A stretch of 64,000 nucleotides of DNA, taken from positions 2,046,072-2,110,071 of the forward strand of contig NC_134034.1 in assembly GCF_964204645.1 (NCBI RefSeq). The letters are read 5' to 3'. Positions 56,201-64,000 of the stretch are shown here, in pieces (positions within the stretch are counted from its first letter, which is position 1; every line of letters begins with the position of its first letter). Origin of the DNA: Tubulanus polymorphus. Its lineage: Eukaryota; Animalia; Nemertea. Both the position numbers and the translations under genes were made by a program. Under the pieces are notes generated by a model. That model saw only the letters and a program-made list of their open reading frames with translations, searched no databases and was not told the origin of the DNA.

Positions 56201-57083
56201 TCCAAATTTTTTCGTTGATTAGATGAGGGTTTCTTCTTTGGATGTTAATTTTAATTTTTTCAAATTTAATAAGGTGTAGGTATAGAGTTTTCAAAGTGTC
56301 TGTCGGTTGGGTCAGGTCATATCCATTGTCTTTGATCTCTTGTTGTAGTAGATTGAGTATCTGATAGTCTGGTCGAGTGGTTAGTTTTAATGGAATGTGT
56401 CTTATATCAATATTAGGGATAATTTTCTTGATCTTTAATGATCCAAAGGCATAAATAGTGAAGTCAGCCCATTGTGGATATATGTGTTGCATGGTTAGCT
56501 GTTTTAGTCTAATAATTTTTTGGAAGAGGTGTGCTTTGGCTTTTTGTTTTATATTCGTAACTCCACATCCTCCTTTATCTAATGGTAGGTACATTGTTTC
56601 TCGAGATATTGTCGGCATTTTATTGTTCCAAATGAAGTTAAATAATTCTCCTTGGAGTTTTTGTTCATACATTTGGGGGAGTGGGATAAATTTTGTTATG
56701 TACCATAGTGTGCTGAGAATATAAGTGTTAGCTAAAGTCGCTCTCTGTCTAAAGTTGATGTTTCTAATTGTCATTATTTTAAAAGTATTGGTAATTTTTT
56801 CCAAGAGAGGTGTCCATAATTCTGAATTTGTCACTTTCCCAATTTTTAGTCCTAAAATCTTAATAAAGTCTTTAATATATTCTGTCGGGTATATATATTG
56901 TGGTTTAGGGTTTATCGAAAGTATTTCTGTTTTTACGGTATTTATTTTGGAGCCGGAGGCTTTACTGTATTCGTTAAAAGTTTCAAAGGTCGCATGCATC
57001 TCATTTGGAGATCTAATAAAAACATTCGTGTCGTCAGCATATTGGGTTAGTTTAGTTAAATTTTTACCGCCAGGATGCATTAT
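53203..57083 (-). mobile_element. 5'-truncated L1/Tx1-like non-LTR retrotransposon inserted in U1 snRNA
   Basis: Poly(A) tail (T run 53204-53239), ~2.5-kb 3' UTR, ORF2 fragment, and TSD ACCAGTCT at 53195-53202 and 57084-57091. Confidence 0.93.
55743..57080 (-). CDS. ORF2 C-terminal fragment: RT (YADD onward) plus CCHC zinc knuckle
   Basis: QYADDT, ASGSKIN, KILG, FIWNNK, LPLDKGGCG, CPHCNQKETLDHTFILC; 445 codons without a stop. Confidence 0.9.
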   Translation of the reverse strand: MHPGGKNLTKLTQYADDTNVFIRSPNEMHATFETFNEYSKASGSKINTVKTEILSINPKPQYIYPTEYIKDFIKILGLKIGKVTNSELWTPLLEKITNTFKIMTIRNINFRQRATLANTYILSTLWYITKFIPLPQMYEQKLQGELFNFIWNNKMPTISRETMYLPLDKGGCGVTNIKQKAKAHLFQKIIRLKQLTMQHIYPQWADFTIYAFGSLKIKKIIPNIDIRHIPLKLTTRPDYQILNLLQQEIKDNGYDLTQPTDTLKTLYLHLIKFEKIKINIQRRNPHLINEKIWKIIWSKTMPDNFQELNYRIVHDVLPMSKGKYIAFCPHCNQKETLDHTFILCQHIQPIKTSLLEYLKNTSSDTLLNNTLDRELIFFFHPKFKYKDKQAENNANIFITTYKFIIWKHRNQTKHKNVIPIPPILEFKNQIAKFRRENKIRNTNIS

Positions 57084-57166
57084 ACCAGTCTTTGTGCAAT
57101 GACAGGCCTCGCCATAGGGGCACCGCCTTCCAGATCACGGTGAGCACCCCTGTGCCAGGTAAGTAT
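57084..57166 (-). ncRNA. U1: U1 snRNA, 5' half (splice-site recognition end, SL1, SL2 loop) of an interrupted gene
   Basis: Minus strand ATACTTACCTGGCACAGGGGTGCTCACCGTGATCTGGAAGGCGGTGCCCCTATGGCGAGGCCTGTCATTGCACAAAGACTGGT. Confidence 0.95.
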
Positions 57167-58195
57167 GCTTACGTAACGTCAATATTTCTATATATACGAC
57201 TGACCTTCTTGGTACCTGACCGGTGTCCAGATTATGCAATAAACAATCAATTCTATTCAGTTTTACCAAAATCATTAAAGACATGGAATTTGACTTGGAA
57301 TTCTACGCAGTTGGTGATATTTTTGCCGATATTGATCAAAGCGTTTATGAATATGTACTTTGTAACGATATTCCGCCGTACACAATTAAAATCTAGCATC
57401 TGGTTATACCGTTATTTGCCGCTACGTGGCGCTAGTAAAAATTCGTCCAAAATATGCATGAATAGTCTCAATTAGTTACTATGTCATTTCTGTTCATTCA
57501 AACAAGTCTATTGTGTCATTGAGTTTGTAATTTTTCTACCGTGTTAGCAAATCTTTAAATGTTGTGTTGCCCCTTTGATACCTGTGATGGGCTCGAGTGT
57601 TCAAATGAATTGATAATAAATTGAAAGTATGTTTCCTATTGAATTTGTTGACTTATAAATTGTTTTTTTTTTTGTTAGTATCACCCTATGAATGTGAGTT
57701 GTGGAGCAACAAATACTAATAATATGGATATTAAATCAAGCAACATAGATTTTCATGATGTATTATGTCAACGAACTGCTGAGCTCAGGATGATAAAATG
57801 TCTTATGTCTGGTGTTTGTAGATCATTTCCATTCTCAAATGTCTCAGGTGAAGTTCTGAACACGTATGAAGTGTGGATGATCAGTTTTTGAAAGTGCGCT
57901 GATAAAATGTCTAATGTCTGGTGTTTGTAGTTCATTTCCAATTAGAAATGTCTCAGGTGAAGCACTGAACACATGTGAAGTGTGGACGATCAGTTTTTGA
58001 AAGTGTGCTGCTAAAATGTTTAATATCTGGTGTTTGTAGTTCATTTCCAATTAGAAATGTCTCAGGTGAAGTAATGAACTCATGTGAAGCGTGGACAAAA
58101 TGTATAATGTTTGTTTTTCATTTTCAATTAAAAATTGCCTCTGAAGTCCTTAACACACGCGAATTCTGGATGACCAAAAATTGGAAGGATTCCAG

Positions 58196-58334
58196 GGGCC
58201 AGTTGCACACTTGTGACTTAAGTCTATAAGTCGTCTTAAATCTTAAAACCGGTCTTAAGTGTTTAGATTAGCTTTAGAACTAAGTTGGTCTTAGACCGGT
58301 CTTGAGTCTGAAGCCATGACTATGCAACCGGCCC
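58196..58334. mobile_element. Harbinger-like MITE (family B)
   Basis: TIR gggcc(a/g)gttgca, CAG on both sides. Same family as 3687-3822, with many fragments elsewhere. Confidence 0.75.
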
Positions 58335-58658
58335 CAGGTGATAAAGTATAACTGGGGGATCGGGGGATCGAACTCGAGTCTCAGCCATTACTATGAAACC
58401 GACCCCTGGTGATAAAGTATAACAACTGGAGGATCGGGGGATCGAACTCGATAGGGAAAGCAACACCGTTACTTAAGGACCGACTAAAATTTACGAATTG
58501 AAAGTACACCTTTTTTTTATATTATAACAATCATTTATTCATTTTTATTCATGATTCGTGTAATCTTTTTTTTTTCAAATTCAAATACAGAAACATTTCA
58601 CATGAACAAAGAACATGTTATACGTTTATTATAATAGAAAATATCCATCGGAGCCACA

Positions 58659-58693
<35 letters not shown>

Positions 58694-59948
58694 CGTAATA
58701 ATAGCGGTCGTTATGATGATGACGTCACCAGATTTTTACAAACGAATCTACGTACATAATATGAGCCTATAATCACTTGCATTAAGACGTTACCCCTATT
58801 AGACTACGTAAAAATCCTCGCGTAAAACTGGCTAGCGTTTGGGCCGTAAATATATTTCGCCGAGTTGAGAATCAACGGGCCAGCTCTCGGGAGATAACCC
58901 TCCGTTTTAACTCCAAAACTCACATCTATCGAACTGCCCCCCCCCCTCGGTCTCAACAGTTGGTTTCTGTTCGATCGATCTCGGGAGCAATCAAATCAGA
59001 TTGCTCCAATGTTGGATAAATGCTGCAGCGACGATGTTTGTTTATTTGCCTAGCACTTCAGGAACTGGTTCCATAGTCAAGACTAAAATCCGAAAGTGAT
59101 CATGAATCTTACACATCTTACATTGGTGCTGTTTATCTCGGTAAACCATAAATTCGGTATTTTTTGTAATAAAATCTGTATCATCTATATATTACACTCA
59201 GTTTCTAATTCGGTGACCTCTTAATTGGGAAAACAGATCCAGCTCCAAACTGTACTGACTGTTACATTGGCAATTGCCTATTTCTCAAAATCGAAGGAGT
59301 TTTAAACGCGTTCCTGACATTTTGCTCAAATCAACAGAGTTTAAAGAACCTCAAAAAGCATTTACGGTTTAAAAACGGGTTTTTAAGGAATCACGTGACC
59401 CGTAGTCTTAAGACCGGTCATGAATTGTCAGATTGACTGAAGAACTAAGATGGTCCAACTCTTAGACCGCCGTTATGTCGAGGCCATGACTATGGAACCT
59501 GCCGTTCTGAACGAGTATTTTGGTAAATTCACCCGGCCTGATACCTAAGTTACCTGATTCAGCCAGTAACGAATGAGCAAATTAGGAGTCTATCAGGGGA
59601 CACTAAAATTCACCGAAGCGTTCAATCGCGACCCTAGCAATCGTCGGGAAACCTACGACTTCCCTCGGAGATACTTAAATTCGAAGTTAATTCCGATCGA
59701 CACAGGGCGCCGTAGCCGCAGCCTCGCATTCCAGAGCCCAATTCATTACAATAATATACACACCAACGATATACAAAAATTCAAAAAGTTTTTTTTTTCT
59801 GCAAAAATGAGAAAAAAATGCCGATATATCCCGACCGAAGACGACCGGCCCGATTGGTAGTGTTCCGAGCTCTCCGATTGGTCGATCGGTCGAGTTAACC
59901 CGATCGTCGACCAATCAGAGATCGTTTTACATATACATGTGTATATTT

Positions 59949-59951
<3 letters not shown>

Positions 59952-60045
<94 letters not shown>
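59952..60045. repeat. (TA)n microsatellite
   Basis: Read directly. Confidence 0.95.
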
Positions 60046-60047
<2 letters not shown>

Positions 60048-60397
60048 CAGTTATTGAACACGGCACTCAAAATAGATACAATATAACTATATTATTCTGA
60101 TTTCCCATAAAAATATACAAGACAATATTACAATCTAAATATAGAGATATAGATGCACAATTAATAATAATAATAATGAAAATGAACCGCTACTATTAAT
60201 CCCGAGATATAAATCTGTTTAGATAATCCCGAGATTATCTACCTGTACTAAAGTATATCCAAAAACTGCCGTTATGAAATCGAATATCTAATCCCAAAAA
60301 GATGAATATATGCATCATTATTTACACCTCCGATTAAACAGCATTTGAGTAATAGAAGAGCCTGGCGATGCCATTTAGGGTTCCAATCTTTTATAAA

Positions 60398-60600
60398 CCC
60401 CACCAGTACAGGTGCGTTGTGAGCCCCACCAGTACAGGTGCGTTGTGAGCCCCACCAGTACAGGTGCGTTGTGAGCCCCACCGGTACAGGTACGTTGTGG
60501 GCCCCACCAGTACAGGTGCATTTTGAGCCCCCACCAGTACAGGTGCATTGTGAGCCCCACCAGTACAGGTACGTTGTAAACCATGCCGGTACAGGAGCGT
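60398..60600. repeat. ~26-bp minisatellite (ccccaccagtacaggtgcgttgtgag)
   Basis: About 7 copies. Confidence 0.9.
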
Positions 60601-62238
60601 TTAAATCCCAAACACAGATCGAGACACGCACAATGAACAGATACACTATAGTATGGACTATTTACAGGTCACTCTAAATGAAAATTGCTGCCAGATGTTT
60701 GTACGCTTGATTCCCGTTAACAGACGGTACAGGTGGCGCTGCTACTTCCTTCCATTATCTTATCTTATTCGAATCGACAAAATAAAAAAAGAAATGGCCA
60801 TTCACAGAAATATCAAAGCACAGAAAATTCAACTAAAAATCTTAATCAGAGAGAAATAGTTAACACATTCCCTGATATACACCATCCCCATAATTTGCTA
60901 CATATTCCAAAATGTATGTCATTTTTCATTATTCCTGAACACCAGAGGGCGCCTATTGCTGTTATAACGACAATAGTCATCAGTTGGTCATTCGGTTTCG
61001 AGTTGTTTTCGTAGGAAATTGTTTTTTCGCGGTGGTAAATGCCTTCGTAGGTTAGAGAATGAACAACTAGACATGAATAGGTTTTCAATCGAAAGGGACG
61101 CCATGTATTCATTGGTCGGAATAAGATTTTACCGCGCCGGTTGTCCGGTTTCATAGACTAAGGGCCCATCAGCCTTATATCACTTGGCTTTTAAGATTGG
61201 TTACAGAACGACAATGAGCTTAAACTAGACTTAACGTCTGAGATTGGTGATCGAACCAAGATGAGTTTAGACTGGTCTTGTATATAAGCTGCTTTGACTC
61301 TGCAACCGGCCACAGAGGGTTTGACCAGTTTTCAATTACGGTAATATCTTAAGGGTTAACCGAGAGGCCTAGTTACTTCACTGTAGCAAATATTTGCGAA
61401 ACGTGCTTAAAGCCTGGTCTATGGGCTTAAGTTCAAGGAAGGTAAGATCTTTTCAAATTAATGTTTGTAGTTAATTTTCAGATGAAGCACTGAACACAGA
61501 GAGGAGGACCCTTAAAGGGATTGAATGCGCTCGTCAAGCGACGCGGCTACGGGCCTAGTCTACAAAACCGGGGCGTCCAACGTACGACAGAATTTACGCG
61601 AACAGATGAAGAGGTACTTTACAAACATCCGATAGACGATACTGAGCCATCGTAGCCCAAAGAGCAGGAAGGCCGCGTGTGGATCCATAATCATTCTTAA
61701 CAGCACATTTTTAGTTTACACGTTTAGGAACTCGATTGTTCATATCGTCCGTCGACGCATACGCCATTAATTTGAAGGTCACGCGGAGCCAAGTTCATTA
61801 ACAACATACACAATTATCATATTCAAATACGCACAAATCGACGAACAAAAAAATACCGTAAATGAATTCGCGCGCGCGCGCGCATTACGCGCCGGTATAT
61901 AAACCGTTGCTAAGAAATCCCGAAGTTTTACAACAAAAATGGGACCAATAAGTTGGATGAACGGAGGCATCGAGCTCCGCAGCCTGGAACCTGAACCCCG
62001 TAAAAAAGACATTCGACATTAAACACCGTTGTTCGCTGTTCGTTTGTCGATTAACGAGGTTAAGTGCCGAGCGCGCCTGAATAGTGGCTTCCGAGTACGG
62101 AAAGAATGGTGATAAATACGTTTGGGGGTCCAGGATGCGGATTGACGATGCCTACATCGAAGGATAGATGTTTTATTCTAGCAGCCCAGTGTACGCACAC
62201 ACGCGAGCGAGCGCGAGTGAGTTAGTTCTGTGGCGATT

Positions 62239-62438
62239 CTACGACGTTCTCTCCGCCGGTTCCTCGCTGCCGTCAGGAACCTTCCAGCTCAGTTTGCGGC
62301 CGCATTCGTACAAATCTTTCAGCATGTCGGCGATGAAGTGCGGACCCTTAGCTTTCTCCTCCTGGTATTTCGCGTAGAGTTTCAACGCGGTTCGCGCGTC
62401 TTCGATCGAATCGTGAGTCACGCTTTGGATGTTCGTTT
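62239..62438 (-). CDS. PAN2: PAN2 deadenylase catalytic subunit, last coding exon (gene continues beyond the window)
   Basis: After acceptor TTACAG: TNIQSVTHDSIEDARTALKLYAKY...LKDLYECGRKLSWKVP, matching the PAN2 DEDDh ExoIII motif and C-terminus. Confidence 0.92.
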
Positions 62439-62452
62439 CTGTAAGAGATTAA

Positions 62453-64000
62453 TATACAGAGTCCCTACAGATCAGTGATTCCTGGATATACAGGGTCCCT
62501 ACAGATCAGTGATTCCTGGATATACAGGGTCCCTACAGATCAGTGATTCCTGGATATACAGGGTCCCTACAGATCAGTGATTACTGGATATACCGGGTCC
62601 CTACAGATCAGTGATTCCTGGATATACAGGCTCCCTACAGATCAGTGATTCCTGGATATACAGGGTCCCTACAGATCAGTGATTACTGGATATACCGGGT
62701 CCCTACAGATCAGTGATTCCTGGATATACCGGGTCCCTACAGATCAGTGATTTCTGGATATACAGGCTCCCAACAGATCAGTGATTCCTGGATATACCGG
62801 GTCCCTACAGATCAGTGATTTCTGGATATACAGGCTCCCTACAGATCAGTGATTCCTGGATATACAGGGTCCCTACGGATCAGTGATTCCTGGATATACC
62901 GGGTCCCTACAGATCAGTGATTACTGGATATACAGGGTCCCTACAGATCAGTGATTCCTGGATATACAGGGTCCCTACAGATCAGTGATTCCTGGATATA
63001 CAGGGTCCCTACAGATCAGTGATTCCTGGATATACAGGGTCCCTACAGATCAGTGATTACTGGATATACAGGGTCCCTACAGATCAGTGATTACTGGATA
63101 TACAGGGTCCCTACAGATCAGTGATTACTGGATATACAGGGTCCCTACAGATCAGTGATTCCTGGATATACAGGCTCCCTACAGATCAGTGATTCCTGGA
63201 TATACAGGCTCCCTACAGATCAGTGATTCCTGGATATACAGGGTCCCTACAGATCAGTGATTACTGGATATACCGGGTCCCTACAGATCAGTGATTCCTG
63301 GATATACAGGCTCCCTACAGATCAGTGATTCCTGGATATACAGGGTCCCTACAGATCAGTGATTACTGGATATACCGGGTCCCTACAGATCAGTGATTCC
63401 TGGATATACCGGGTCCCTACAGATCAGTGATTTCTGGATATACAGGCTCCCAACAGATCAGTGATTCCTGGATATACCGGGTCCCTACAGATCAGTGATT
63501 TCTGGATATACAGGCTCCCTACAGATCAGTGATTCCTGGATATACCGGGTCCCTACAGATCAGTGATTCCTGGATATACAGGGTCCCTACGGATCAGTGA
63601 TTCCTGGATATACCGGGTCCCTACAGATCAGTGATTACTGGATATACAGGGTCCCTACAGATCAGTGATTCCTGGATATACAGGGTCCCTACAGATCAGT
63701 GATTCCTGGATATACAGGGTCCCTACAGATCAGTGATTCCTGGATATACAGGGTCCCTACAGATCAGTGATTACTGGATATACAGGGTCCCTACAGATCA
63801 GTGATTACTGGATATACAGGGTCCCTACAGATCAGTGATTACTGGATATACAGGGTCCCTACAGATCAGTGATTACTGGATATACAGGGTCCCTACAGAT
63901 CAGTGATTCCTGGATATACAGGCTCCCTACAGATCAGTGATTCCTGGATATACAGGGTCCCTACAGATCAGTGATTCCTGGATATACAGGGTCCCTACAG
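62453..64000. repeat. 34-bp minisatellite (gggtccctacagatcagtgattcctggatataca), ~45 copies, running off the window end
   Basis: Read directly; lies in the last PAN2 intron. Confidence 0.97.

Noticed and set aside
53113-57166. Template-switch U1-LINE chimeric retrocopy as an alternative explanation
   Set aside because: The rest of U1 resumes after the poly(A) with an internal TSD, which indicates insertion into an existing U1 sequence.
56458-57475. Plus-strand ORFs over the RT and U1
   Set aside because: Antisense to the retroelement ORF and snRNA; no recognisable protein features.
59870-59920. Short hairpin with CCAAT/ATTGG arms downstream of PAN2
   Set aside because: Imperfect and short, with no independent support for an RNA gene.
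62453-64000. CRISPR-like appearance of the 34-bp array (and the 26-42-bp arrays)
   Set aside because: No unique spacers, no cas genes, eukaryotic intron context.

Overview
AT-rich animal (invertebrate, probably spiralian; inferred) genomic DNA with small CpG-rich exons among many small transposon relics and minisatellites. Genes: 3' part of a divergent BAF-like gene (+), a complete 4-exon alpha-tubulin (+), DNAJC1 (-) head-to-head with a 24-exon NEK10 (+; plus a candidate 12-nt microexon), a hand-assembled orphan secreted protein with an Ig-like segment and polybasic tail (-), and the last exon of PAN2 (-). Main find: a U1 snRNA gene (-) split by a 3.9-kb, 5'-truncated, polyadenylated L1/Tx1-like retrotransposon with an 8-bp target-site duplication in stem-loop II, a candidate U1-targeting retroelement. 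Also present: Penelope-like inverted relics with hammerhead-like cores, nested CWG-TSD (Harbinger-like) MITEs, a TTAA piggyBac-like MITE family, and minisatellites that appear derived from dispersed elements. Gene models were built by eye from GT-AG sites and frame continuity; no searches were run.
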